64,000 nt of DNA from Candidatus Bathyarchaeota archaeon (GCA_963832745.1 CAWHVC010000004.1:167754-231753); one strand, 5' to 3'. Numbered from the stretch's first letter, positions 1 through 8,103 are shown. Translations and numbers: made by a program. Notes: generated from the letters alone by a model not told the origin.

Positions 1-243
1 CGTAACCGCTGTTTTGTCTTTCATCAACGTGCCTGATTGTAGCACAAATAGGTTGGTATAGTTGGCCACTTTGTCGATTAATGCTTTGGCGTCTTGGGTG
101 CTGTTTCCACAGTAGGTTACGCCCACATGGAACGGTTTTTTTTCTTTGACGCTTTCGCCCAAGCTTGTGTAGCTAATGTAAGCAATTAATCCTGCTAATA
201 GTAGAAAAATAATCGCTGCTGAGGGTACAATTTTTCTTTTCAT
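1..243 (-). CDS. 5' part (81 codons; the gene continues left of the window) of a fourth member of the secreted paralog family
   Basis: ATG at 243-241. My translation MKRKIVPSAAIIFLLLAGLIAYISYTSLGESVKEKKPFHVGVTYCGNSTQDAKALIDKVANYTNLFVLQSG... is colinear with the N-termini of the ORFs at 359-1882, 1990-3486 and 3576-5147. Confidence 0.8.
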   Translation of the reverse strand, partial: MKRKIVPSAAIIFLLLAGLIAYISYTSLGESVKEKKPFHVGVTYCGNSTQDAKALIDKVANYTNLFVLQSGTLMKDKTAVT

Positions 244-250
244 AGGCAAA

Positions 251-338
251 CGCTTCTAAGATTGAGCATTTCACAAGTCGGGGTTTATTTATGTTTTCCA
301 GAATCTGCCAGTTAAGGGTAAAATTTTCAAGTGAGCAA
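251..338. repeat. Duplicated 5' flank of the paralog genes, copy A
   Basis: cgcttctaagattgagcatttcacaagtcggggtttatttatgttttccagaatctgccagtt (63 nt) is identical at 251-313 and 1891-1953 (offset 1640 nt). The next ~25 nt are near-identical. Confidence 0.9.
284..293 (-). promoter_or_regulatory. Candidate archaeal TATA box (minus-strand CATAAATAAA) about 40-50 nt upstream of the ATG at 243. An identical element lies at 1924-1933 upstream of the next paralog.
   Basis: AT-rich TATA-like octamer at a plausible distance from the start codon, conserved inside the duplicated flank. Confidence 0.35.
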
Positions 339-358
339 CGAAAAAGTGATCTGCTCTT

Positions 359-1882
359 TTATTCAAAAAAGTAGATGTTGGCATATTTGCCTGCTACAGG
401 AAACGCTGGGTCGTCATAGACAATGTCTAGTTTTGTGCCGTATTGGTTCAGCTTGTTTTGTACTTGGTTCCAAATTTGGGTTGAAGTATCGTTTGATTCC
501 CATATTCCCCAAATGATGTCGCTGGGGTTTCGCATGCCATAACCATAATTTTTTGGTAAAACCAGTACAGCTTCAGCTTTAACGCATCCATAGGTGACCG
601 CTGGGTTTTGGACTACCTCGTTCCAGAAACGTTCTAACGCCTGAAAATGTTGCTCTTGTAGTGTACCGTAAGGCCCTGACATGTCTGCTGCATAATTGAA
701 TAACATAACGTATCGGGCTCCGTTTTCGTAAGAGGTTTTCATTTGTTCAAACAATTCGTCGCCGTCAGCAAGGTAGGGTGCATGGGTGTATTTCCATGTT
801 AAGATTGTTCCCCAGTCTTTGCCCTGCAAATTGGCTGCCCCACGAACTAAAGCGATTTCTTGGGTGACAGAATTGTTCCAGCCAAGTTCCCCAAGAACCA
901 TGTCGTATCCGCTCTTGCAATCCCACCAGTACAATCCATAATCAGCCGTAAAAACAGGGAATTCCCCTTTGCTTATGTTCCATTGATTCTTTAAATCGGC
1001 TACTGAGGCGCTGGTTTTGTTTACAAAGACTTCAGCGGCGCCGTCACAGTCTGTTAGGGGGTTTTTGCTTGCCACTTGTTGATAAGTTTCTTCTTGGGCA
1101 ATGCGGTTTGAGCCATTTTCCATTGTATAGAAATCATTTTTTAATGTTTCATCTGCTGAATCCCCTGCATTAATAGGAACATAGGAAAGACCGCCCGTGT
1201 ACACTTTACTTGTTGAGTTTGTGATTGTTTCGCTTACTGTTATTGTACCGTTTGGTTTGTATGTAGTCGTATTGGTGTTTCTTAACATGATCGGCATTGT
1301 TACTGATGAATTAGTTGGGTCTACACTGGAAGAAGTTTCTTCCACTCTTTGAACTACAATTGTGCCGTCAAGATAAAATGTTGCAACATACTTGTTTCCA
1401 TCACGATAATTCACTAAGCCATTTTTATTTCTATCCAAGATTATTCCCCGCTCATTCGTGTAATAAATGTCTCCGTCAAGAAATTTACCTCCAGGTTCAT
1501 CACCCAAATAGACGCCTGCAAACATGTCTCCCCACCGTTGCTTCGCTGTGCCTACCCATTCAGCCTTATCTGCAGAAGTTAAAACGTCAAAATAAGCAGC
1601 AAAATGCAGTCCTTTAGCAACAGCATAATCCCCTACCTCATTTACTGCTGTGGCATTATTTTTCAATACGCCTGACTGCAGGACAAACAGGTTAGTGTAG
1701 CTGGCAACTTTGTCGATTAGGGTTTTGGCGTCTTGGATGTTGTTTCCGCCGTAGGTTACGCCAACATAAAACGGTTTCTGCTGTTGGCTACTTTCACCTA
1801 AGCCTGTAAAACTGATGTATGCAATTAAACCTGCCAATAGTAGAAAAATAATCACTGCTGAAAGCACAATTTTTCTTTTCAT
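359..1882 (-). CDS. Membrane-anchored secreted protein, paralog family of unknown function (possible clan GH-A-like TIM barrel with a variable insert)
   Basis: I prefer the ATG at 1882 (MKRKIVLSAVIIFLLLAGLIAY, hydrophobic signal-anchor) over the tracked start at 1909. The N-terminal block KPFYVGVTYGGNNIQDAKTLIDKV...GDEPGGK and the C-terminal block FYTMENGS...MVLGELGWNNS...LTWKYTHAPYL... are shared with 1990-3486 and 3576-5147. Confidence 0.85.
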   Translation of the reverse strand: MKRKIVLSAVIIFLLLAGLIAYISFTGLGESSQQQKPFYVGVTYGGNNIQDAKTLIDKVASYTNLFVLQSGVLKNNATAVNEVGDYAVAKGLHFAAYFDVLTSADKAEWVGTAKQRWGDMFAGVYLGDEPGGKFLDGDIYYTNERGIILDRNKNGLVNYRDGNKYVATFYLDGTIVVQRVEETSSSVDPTNSSVTMPIMLRNTNTTTYKPNGTITVSETITNSTSKVYTGGLSYVPINAGDSADETLKNDFYTMENGSNRIAQEETYQQVASKNPLTDCDGAAEVFVNKTSASVADLKNQWNISKGEFPVFTADYGLYWWDCKSGYDMVLGELGWNNSVTQEIALVRGAANLQGKDWGTILTWKYTHAPYLADGDELFEQMKTSYENGARYVMLFNYAADMSGPYGTLQEQHFQALERFWNEVVQNPAVTYGCVKAEAVLVLPKNYGYGMRNPSDIIWGIWESNDTSTQIWNQVQNKLNQYGTKLDIVYDDPAFPVAGKYANIYFFE

Positions 1883-1890
1883 GGGACAAT

Positions 1891-1978
1891 CGCTTCTAAG
1901 ATTGAGCATTTCACAAGTCGGGGTTTATTTATGTTTTCCAGAATCTGCCAGTTTAAGGTAAAATCTTCAGTGGAGCAA
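1891..1978. repeat. Duplicated 5' flank of the paralog genes, copy B
   Basis: See copy A at 251-338. Confidence 0.9.
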
Positions 1979-1989
1979 AGAAATAAGTG

Positions 1990-3486
1990 TTAAGTTATGT
2001 TCCAGAAGTAAATGTGTGAGTATTTGCCTGTTACAGGAAACGCTGGGTCATCATAAACTATGTCCAGTTTTATTCCGTATTGGTCAAGTTTGCTTTGTAC
2101 TTGGTTCCAGATTTGGGTTGAAGTGGCGTTTGGTTCCCATATTCCCCAGATAACGTCGCTGGGGTTTCGCATGCCCCACCCGTAGTTTTCGGGCAAAACC
2201 AGCACTGCTTCCGCCTTATCGCTTCCGTGAATTTCTGCTGGGTTCTGGACAACTTCTTTCCAGAAGCGTTCGAGGGCTTGAAAATGCTCTTCCTGCAATG
2301 TACCGTAAGGTCCAGTCATATCTTCGGCATAATTGAATATAACAACATAATCCGCTCCAGCCTTGTAGGAAGTTTTCATTTGGTCAAACATTTCAGCCCC
2401 ATCAGTCAAATATGGCGCGTGAGTGTATTTCCAAGTGATTATTGTTCCCCAACTTTTTCCCTGCAAGTTGGCTGCTCCACGGGCCAAACTGATTTCTTGA
2501 CTTACCGAATTGTTCCATGCAAGCTCAGCAAGAACCATGTCATAACCGCTCTGAAGGTCCCACCAGTAAAGTGCATAATCAGAAGTGAAAATCGGGAAAG
2601 ACCTCCCCTTAAGGTTACGTTGCCTGATTAAACCATCTACAAAACCGCTGGTTTTGTCAACATAGAAGTTAGCCGCGGTGTTGTAGTCGCGTAAGGGGTT
2701 TTTGTCTTTCGCTTGTTGATAAGTTTCTAATTGAGCGATGATGTCTGAACCATTTTCCATTGTGTACCTACTGAAACTGACTATTTCCGAAGAAATGATG
2801 CCTATACCCCCTTTTGCTGTTTTTTTCTCGATCATTTCAAAAAAGGTTATTGTGCCGTCTGTCTTGTAGGTTGTCGAGTTGGTTACTACACTATAGGCGG
2901 CGATGAATGAGGGGTCGTTATTATTAGAAAACAATGTGGAACTAGTAGAGTTTGTTTTAGATACCGTTATTGTGCCATTTGGATAAAAACTTCTCGAAAT
3001 ATCAGTTTCATCTGTATTGACTGTGCCGTCTTGCCATTTTGTAACTGACATATCTTCGCCTAAAACTAGCCAGGTAGTGTAACCGTCAAGCATTTTGCCT
3101 CCAGGTTCATCCTCATAATAGATTCCTGCAAACATTTTGCCCCACCGTTGCTCAGCAGCACTTATCCAGGTTGCATCTGAAATGCCGAAGGCTGAAGCAG
3201 CAGCGAAATGTAAACCTTTGGAGACTGCGTAATCGCCAATTTCGTTTACGGCGGTATTGTTTCCTATTATTGTAAATCCTGATTGTACTACAAAGAGGTT
3301 GGTGTAGTTTGCTACTTTGTCTATTAGCAGTTTGGCGTCTTGCACAGTGTTTCCGCAGTAAGTTACGCCTACAAGGAAGGGTTTTTGCTCTTCGCCTTCA
3401 CCGAAGTCTGTGTAGGCAACGAAGATTAGAGAGCTTACAAAGAGGATGCAAATAATTGCTGATGAAAGAATTTCTTTTCGGGTCAC
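1990..3486 (-). CDS. Membrane-anchored secreted protein, same paralog family
   Basis: GTG start, signal-anchor ILSSAIICILFVSSLIFVAY. Conserved blocks KPFLVGVTYCGNTVQDAKLLIDKV, YEDEPGGK, MVLAELAWNNS, ITWKYTHAPYL. The central ~100 aa are not alignable by eye to the neighbours. Confidence 0.85.
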   Translation of the reverse strand: MTRKEILSSAIICILFVSSLIFVAYTDFGEGEEQKPFLVGVTYCGNTVQDAKLLIDKVANYTNLFVVQSGFTIIGNNTAVNEIGDYAVSKGLHFAAASAFGISDATWISAAEQRWGKMFAGIYYEDEPGGKMLDGYTTWLVLGEDMSVTKWQDGTVNTDETDISRSFYPNGTITVSKTNSTSSTLFSNNNDPSFIAAYSVVTNSTTYKTDGTITFFEMIEKKTAKGGIGIISSEIVSFSRYTMENGSDIIAQLETYQQAKDKNPLRDYNTAANFYVDKTSGFVDGLIRQRNLKGRSFPIFTSDYALYWWDLQSGYDMVLAELAWNNSVSQEISLARGAANLQGKSWGTIITWKYTHAPYLTDGAEMFDQMKTSYKAGADYVVIFNYAEDMTGPYGTLQEEHFQALERFWKEVVQNPAEIHGSDKAEAVLVLPENYGWGMRNPSDVIWGIWEPNATSTQIWNQVQSKLDQYGIKLDIVYDDPAFPVTGKYSHIYFWNIT

Positions 3487-3575
3487 TGTGGTTCGCTTCT
3501 AAAGATAAGTGTTGTCTTGTTAAATAATTCTTTTCTATAAATCCCATATTTTTGGCAAAATAATGGAAAGGAAGG

Positions 3576-5147
3576 TTAAGTGTCATCCCAATAGTAAACA
3601 TCAGCATACTTGCCTTCAACTGGATGGGCTTGGTCCTGATAGACTATATCTAGTTTAGTGCCATACTGCTCCAGTCTGTTTTGTAGCTGTGTCCATATTT
3701 GACTTGACGTAGCGTTTGGTTCCCATATTCCCCAAATGACGTCAGATGGGTTACGCATCCCCCAGCCATAGTTGCAGGGTAAAACCAGTGTTGCTTCTGC
3801 TTTGATACCTCCCTGAATTACCTTAGGGTTTTGGACTACCTCGTTCCAAAAACGTTCTAATGCTTGAAAATGCTGTTCTTGCAGGGTTCCATATGGTCCT
3901 ATGGCGTCTGCTGCATAGTTGAAAAGTATGACGTATTGGGCTCCGTTTTCATAGGAGGTTTTCATTTGGTTAAAAATTTCGTCACCGTCGGCAAGGTATG
4001 GAGCTTGAGTGTATTTCCATGTTAAGATTGTTCCCCAGTCTTTGCCTTGCAAATTGGCTGCTCCACGAACTAAAGCGATTTCTTGGGCAACAGTATTATT
4101 CCAGCCAAGTTCCGCAAGAACCATGTCATATCCGCTCTGGTAGTCCCACCAGTAAAGACCATAATCGGCAGTAAAAATGGGAAAAGACCCTTGGCTCATA
4201 TTTAATTGCAACTTTGAATTTGCTAATTTTGCTTTGGTTTGGTTTGTGAAGACGTTTGCGGCGCCGTTGCAGTCTGATATGGGGTTTTTGCTCATTGTTT
4301 GTTGGTAAGTTTCTTCTTGAGCAATACGCTTTGAGCCATTTTCCATTGTATAAAAGTCGTTATGTAATATTTCGAATGAATTTTCCCCAATTGGAATAGG
4401 CCAAATAATATGGTTCATACCATTTTCATCAGTTGAATTTGAATCTTGAGCTTTTTGGATAAAATTCTTGCCTGTCGAATTAGAAATTATTTCCTTTATT
4501 GTCATTGAACCATTTGGATCGTAAACAATCGTGTCGGCTGTAGTTACTGTGTTCCATATTGTAATAGAAGAATTGTTTGGGTCAGTAATAGAGGTATCAA
4601 TCGAGTTACTTCTCATTTTAATAATGGTGCCGTTTGGGTAAACATCAACAGAAAATCCCGTATTGGGCTCATTGTAAGAGACTCTTCCATCTTCATTTTT
4701 TACAATAATGGAACTAGAATTTTCATAATTCAAGCAGATTGTGGTGCCATCAAGAAACTTTCCTGCTGGTTCATCATCATAATAGACTCCTGCAAACATG
4801 CTGCCCCACCGTTGCTCAGCAGTGCTTATCCATGTTGCATAAACAACATTGTAACTTGTAGTCGCAGCAAAGTGTAATCCTTTAGTTACTGCGTAATCCC
4901 CTATCTCGTTAATGGCTTGGTCGTTTTTAATTAGGGGTCCTGAATTGAGGACGAACAGGTTTGTGTAGTTGGAGACCTTGTCGATTAGGGTTTTAGCGTC
5001 TTGTACGTTGTTTCCGCCGTAGGTTACGCCTACAAGGAAGGGTTTTTGTTGTTCGCCTTCTCCAAAGTTTGCTTGACTGACAAATATTATTGAGCTTGCA
5101 AGGAGGATGCAAATGATGGCTGATGAAAGTGATTCTTTACGGTTCAA
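3576..5147 (-). CDS. Membrane-anchored secreted protein, same paralog family
   Basis: TTG start, signal-anchor LSSAIICILLASSIIFVSQ. Conserved blocks KPFLVGVTYGGNNVQDAKTLIDKV, YDDEPAGK, MVLAELGWNNT, LTWKYTQAPYL. It has the longest divergent central insert. Confidence 0.85.
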   Translation of the reverse strand: MNRKESLSSAIICILLASSIIFVSQANFGEGEQQKPFLVGVTYGGNNVQDAKTLIDKVSNYTNLFVLNSGPLIKNDQAINEIGDYAVTKGLHFAATTSYNVVYATWISTAEQRWGSMFAGVYYDDEPAGKFLDGTTICLNYENSSSIIVKNEDGRVSYNEPNTGFSVDVYPNGTIIKMRSNSIDTSITDPNNSSITIWNTVTTADTIVYDPNGSMTIKEIISNSTGKNFIQKAQDSNSTDENGMNHIIWPIPIGENSFEILHNDFYTMENGSKRIAQEETYQQTMSKNPISDCNGAANVFTNQTKAKLANSKLQLNMSQGSFPIFTADYGLYWWDYQSGYDMVLAELGWNNTVAQEIALVRGAANLQGKDWGTILTWKYTQAPYLADGDEIFNQMKTSYENGAQYVILFNYAADAIGPYGTLQEQHFQALERFWNEVVQNPKVIQGGIKAEATLVLPCNYGWGMRNPSDVIWGIWEPNATSSQIWTQLQNRLEQYGTKLDIVYQDQAHPVEGKYADVYYWDDT

Positions 5148-5285
5148 ACTTGTGGCTCCTAAGTTGAAGCGTTGACTTGCGCTGCTTATTTATTTTTTCC
5201 AAAATCAAGGCTTTCAGTAAAAATTGCCAAAAAACTTATCTGACCAACTAAACTATTAAATCTCTAAAATGTTCCTTGGAGGCCC

Positions 5286-5477
5286 TTGACTGTGAATAAC
5301 GATAAGGTTGTGGGCAGTTGGAAGCGCAAGCAGACAAAAAAGGTTGTTAAGGCAGCTAAGAAGCCAATTTTCAGGCATCGAGAAATGAAGGGTACTGGTC
5401 TTCGTTGGGCCTCTCAAACTTTTCCTAACCGTGCAGGTATCCGAAACATGAAGAAACATGCCAAAAAAGAAAAGTAG
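5286..5477 (+). CDS. Small, very basic ORF (63 codons, TTG start), product unknown
   Basis: K/R-rich translation (GSWKRKQTKKVVKAAKKPIFRHRE...MKKHAKKEK), co-directional with and upstream of rps19e. I recognise no family. Confidence 0.3.
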   Translation: MTVNNDKVVGSWKRKQTKKVVKAAKKPIFRHREMKGTGLRWASQTFPNRAGIRNMKKHAKKEK

Positions 5478-5702
5478 CCGCCTCGAAAATTTGGAAAAAC
5501 CCTTTATACCGCCCTGATATATGATTATTTTAAGCAGTGTAAGTGGTTTCGCCTCAACGTATCGCCCAGATTGGCGGTAAAGTTGTTACGGGGCGGTCTA
5601 TAGTTTGAAAAACTGCACAATAGTTAACAAGTTGTTCAGAGAATATTTATATTAGGCTTCACTGTTTTACTGCAAGGAAAAACTAAAAGGGACAAGAGCA
5701 TC

Positions 5703-6167
5703 TTGACAACTCCTCATGACGTACCCGCATCCAAGTTCATCGATAGGTTAGCAAAGTACTTGAAAGAAAATGTCGATGAAGTTCAACCATTGCCATGGAC
5801 AAGCGTAGCTAAAACAGGCATGCACGTTGAAAAACAGCCACAGAATCCAAACTGGTGGTATGTTCGCAGCGCATCTGTTCTGCGTAAAGTTTACATTCAT
5901 GGTCCAATCGGCATAGAAGACCTAAGGGCTGATTATGGTGGAAGAAAAAACCGTGGCAGCAAACCTGACCGCGTAAAAAAATCTGGCGGAAGCAGCATCC
6001 GCAAAGTTCTCCAACAGCTCGAGGCAGCAGAATTAATCGTTACCAGCCGTCCAGAAGGAAGAAAAATGTCTCCAAAAGGACGCAAACTACTTCAAGAAGT
6101 TGCTGGTGACCTGCAGAAAGAAATGATAAAAACTGTCCCAGAGCTCAAGAAGTATCAAGGCGAATAA
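5703..6167 (+). CDS. rps19e: 30S ribosomal protein S19e (eS19)
   Basis: HDVPASKFIDRLAKYLKEN...NWWYVRSASVLRKVYIHGPIGIEDLRADYGGRKNRG is the eS19 signature. TTG start, TAA stop. Confidence 0.9.
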   Translation: MTTPHDVPASKFIDRLAKYLKENVDEVQPLPWTSVAKTGMHVEKQPQNPNWWYVRSASVLRKVYIHGPIGIEDLRADYGGRKNRGSKPDRVKKSGGSSIRKVLQQLEAAELIVTSRPEGRKMSPKGRKLLQEVAGDLQKEMIKTVPELKKYQGE

Positions 6168-6172
6168 GTAAG

Positions 6173-6502
6173 ATGTCAGATGACGAGCTTGAGAATATTC
6201 GGAAACGAAAACTTTTGTCTATGCAGAATCGCGTAAGCGATGAGCAAAGGCAAGCTCAAGCTGAAGATAAAATTGAAGCTCAGAAGCAGGCGTTGCTTAG
6301 GCAAATCCTGTCACCTGAAGCAAGACAACGGCTTAACAACCTGAAAATGGTGCGAGCCGACTTCGCAGAGCAAATTGAACTGCAGCTGATCCAGATGGCT
6401 CAAATGGGCAAGTTGCCTATTCCGTTATCTGATGCTCAGCTTAAACAAATCCTGTTGCAGCTTCAATCACGCAAGCGAGAAACAAAAATTACAAGGATAT
6501 GA
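6173..6502 (+). CDS. PDCD5/TFAR19-type DNA-binding protein (MTH1615-like)
   Basis: LRQILSPEARQRLNNLKMVRADFAEQIELQLIQMAQMGKL matches the family, and the position between rps19e and rpl39e is typical in archaea. Confidence 0.8.
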   Translation: MSDDELENIRKRKLLSMQNRVSDEQRQAQAEDKIEAQKQALLRQILSPEARQRLNNLKMVRADFAEQIELQLIQMAQMGKLPIPLSDAQLKQILLQLQSRKRETKITRI

Positions 6503-6506
6503 GAGA

Positions 6507-6665
6507 ATGGCAAGAGTAAAACCAACCGCGAAAAAACGCCGATTAGCTAAAGCATCAAAGGAATCAACGTCTGTTCCAACATGGGTAGTCGCAAGAACTG
6601 ACGGCAAAGTCAGAGTTACACCTAAACAAAGACGGAACTGGCGAACAAGAAAAATAAAGGCATAG
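6507..6665 (+). CDS. rpl39e: 50S ribosomal protein L39e (eL39)
   Basis: MARVKPTAKKRRLAKASKESTSVPTWVVARTDGKVRVTPKQRRNWRTRKIKA. The ATG at 6507 lies inside the longer tracked ORF 6432-6665. TAG stop. Confidence 0.9.
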   Translation: MARVKPTAKKRRLAKASKESTSVPTWVVARTDGKVRVTPKQRRNWRTRKIKA

Positions 6666-6680
6666 GAGAATTGACAATTA

Positions 6681-7148
6681 ATGGTTAACGCAAAAGAAGA
6701 ACAGCAAACAGTTCAAGAAACCGAAGAATTAGCAGAAGCAATCGAAGAACCAGAGACTATACAAGAAGTTTTGCCAGAAGAAGCAGCACAGGAACCAACA
6801 GAAGCAGAAGCCAAAGTAGAAAAACCAAAAAAGAAAAAGAAAGACGAAGAAATCGTTGAAGAAAGAATATACACTATTCCACTTCAGAAAGCCTTGATTC
6901 GTCCACCAAAGAAACGTGCCCCACGCGCAATGCAGTTGGTTAAAATTTTCGTTGCAAAACACATGAAAATGGCTGTTACAGTTTCAGAAGATGAGGAAGA
7001 AGAAGAACTGCCTCATTTAATCATAACCCAAGAGGTTAACGAGAAAATCTGGAGCAGAAGCATCGAGAAGCCACCACGCAAAATCCGTGTTCGCGTAACC
7101 AAGGACAAAGACGGAAACGTCACTGTTCACTTGGCAGAAGCCGAATAA
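6681..7148 (+). CDS. rpl31e: 50S ribosomal protein L31e (eL31) with a long acidic/lysine-rich N-terminal extension
   Basis: eL31 core ERIYTIPLQKALIRPPKKRAPRAMQLVKIFVAKHMK...VNEKIWSRSIEKPPRKIRVRVTKDKDGNVTVHL. It is preceded by ~60 aa (EEQQTVQETEELAEAIEEPE...KPKKKKKDEE) with no internal canonical start. Confidence 0.85.
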   Translation: MVNAKEEQQTVQETEELAEAIEEPETIQEVLPEEAAQEPTEAEAKVEKPKKKKKDEEIVEERIYTIPLQKALIRPPKKRAPRAMQLVKIFVAKHMKMAVTVSEDEEEEELPHLIITQEVNEKIWSRSIEKPPRKIRVRVTKDKDGNVTVHLAEAE

Positions 7149-7213
7149 ACGGCTTTCAAAAATTTCTTTCTTAACTTTTAATATTATTTTTTGGCAAACG
7201 CTATATTGCACAT

Positions 7214-7603
7214 TTGCTCAGTTTTAAATGCCAAAAGTTGATTCCGTTGAACAACACACGCTCAAGATTACCTTCCATATTAAACAACAGTTTTCAGCCA
7301 AAAAGCGCAGAGTACGCTTTTGAGTTGTTCCTTTGCGGTATGACCCAAAAGTCCTTGCAGACAATAAAAGCCGTTAAAACCGTTCTGGACCAACAATTGC
7401 CAAACTACAAACTTGAAGTTATTGACATATTCAAAAACCCCCGACGAACCTGTCAAGAGCAAATCATGACTACGCCAACATTGATCAAAAAATCTCCGTT
7501 GCCCACGCGTAAAATTTCTGGAGATATAACAGGTAAGGACCGGATACTTTGCGGTTTAAACATAAACCAAAAAAGGCAAGCGTTAGGAGCAGAAGAACCA
7601 TGA
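7214..7603 (+). CDS. kaiB: KaiB-like protein (thioredoxin-like fold, circadian clock protein KaiB family)
   Basis: YAFELFLCGMTQKSLQTIKAVKTVLDQQLPNYKLEVIDIFKNPRRTCQEQIMTTPTLIKKSPLPTRKISGDITGKDRILCGLN aligns without gaps to cyanobacterial KaiB (YILKLYVAGNTPNS...[33 protein letters not shown]). The start codon is uncertain (in-frame TTG at 7214, 7238 or 7247). Confidence 0.8.
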   Translation: MLSFKCQKLIPLNNTRSRLPSILNNSFQPKSAEYAFELFLCGMTQKSLQTIKAVKTVLDQQLPNYKLEVIDIFKNPRRTCQEQIMTTPTLIKKSPLPTRKISGDITGKDRILCGLNINQKRQALGAEEP

Positions 7604-8103
7604 CTGAAACAAAAGAAATCCACAAGTTGAAACTGGAGATTGAGCATTTGCAGGGGCGACTGCAAGAGTTAGAGGAAACCATGGCCAGTGTTTGCGGTGG
7701 TACGGCGGATGCAATAATTGTTTCAACAGTTGACGGTGAGAAAGTTTTCACCTTGATGACTGAGGAGCAGCCTTACCGGCTATTTGTGGAGCAGATGCTT
7801 CAGGGTGCAGTTATGCTTTCAGATGATGATACCATTCTTTACTGTAACAAAGCCTTCGCGGGAATGGTGAAAGATAAAGCTGAAGTAGTAGTGGGCAAAA
7901 AACTCCAAACTTACGTATCCCAAAACCTGCATTGTGAGCTAAACATTTTTCTTACAAAAAATAGGCAAGAAAAAGTCCCTCAACAACAGAATTTACTTTT
8001 GCAAACAACAGACGGTTCCGCAGTTGACGTGCAGGTTTCAATTAGCAGGTTTGAGCAAAACGCTTTCAAAGGTTCCTGCCTGGTTTTTGTAAGTTGCCGC
8101 TAA
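7600..8103 (+). CDS. Coiled-coil plus PAS-domain protein with no output domain
   Basis: ATG 7600 overlaps the kaiB stop (ATGA). Heptad-like EIHKLKLEIEHLQGRLQELEETM is followed by a PAS-like core AIIVSTVDGEKVF...TILYCNKAFAGMVKDKAEVVVGKKL. Confidence 0.7.
   Translation: MTETKEIHKLKLEIEHLQGRLQELEETMASVCGGTADAIIVSTVDGEKVFTLMTEEQPYRLFVEQMLQGAVMLSDDDTILYCNKAFAGMVKDKAEVVVGKKLQTYVSQNLHCELNIFLTKNRQEKVPQQQNLLLQTTDGSAVDVQVSISRFEQNAFKGSCLVFVSCR

Noticed and set aside
1-5147. A diversity-generating retroelement or cassette-switching mechanism behind the hypervariable inserts of the paralog array.
   Set aside because: The window shows no reverse transcriptase, no template/variable repeat pair with adenine-specific differences, and no recombinase. 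Ordinary duplication and divergence explains the pattern so far.
5509-5597. Intergenic 7-bp stem ACCGCCC...GGGCGGT enclosing ~75 nt upstream of rps19e, considered as a possible small RNA (C/D-box, tRNA-like or SRP fragment).
   Set aside because: I could not fold it into a tRNA cloverleaf, and there are no convincing C (RUGAUGA) / D (CUGA) box pairs or known ncRNA signatures. The evidence is insufficient without covariance-model searches.
6729-6962. 77-aa Phe/Trp/Cys-rich minus-strand ORF inside rpl31e.
   Set aside because: It is the antisense of the GAA/AAG-rich acidic extension of L31e, its composition is implausible for a protein, and the plus-strand gene is clearly real.
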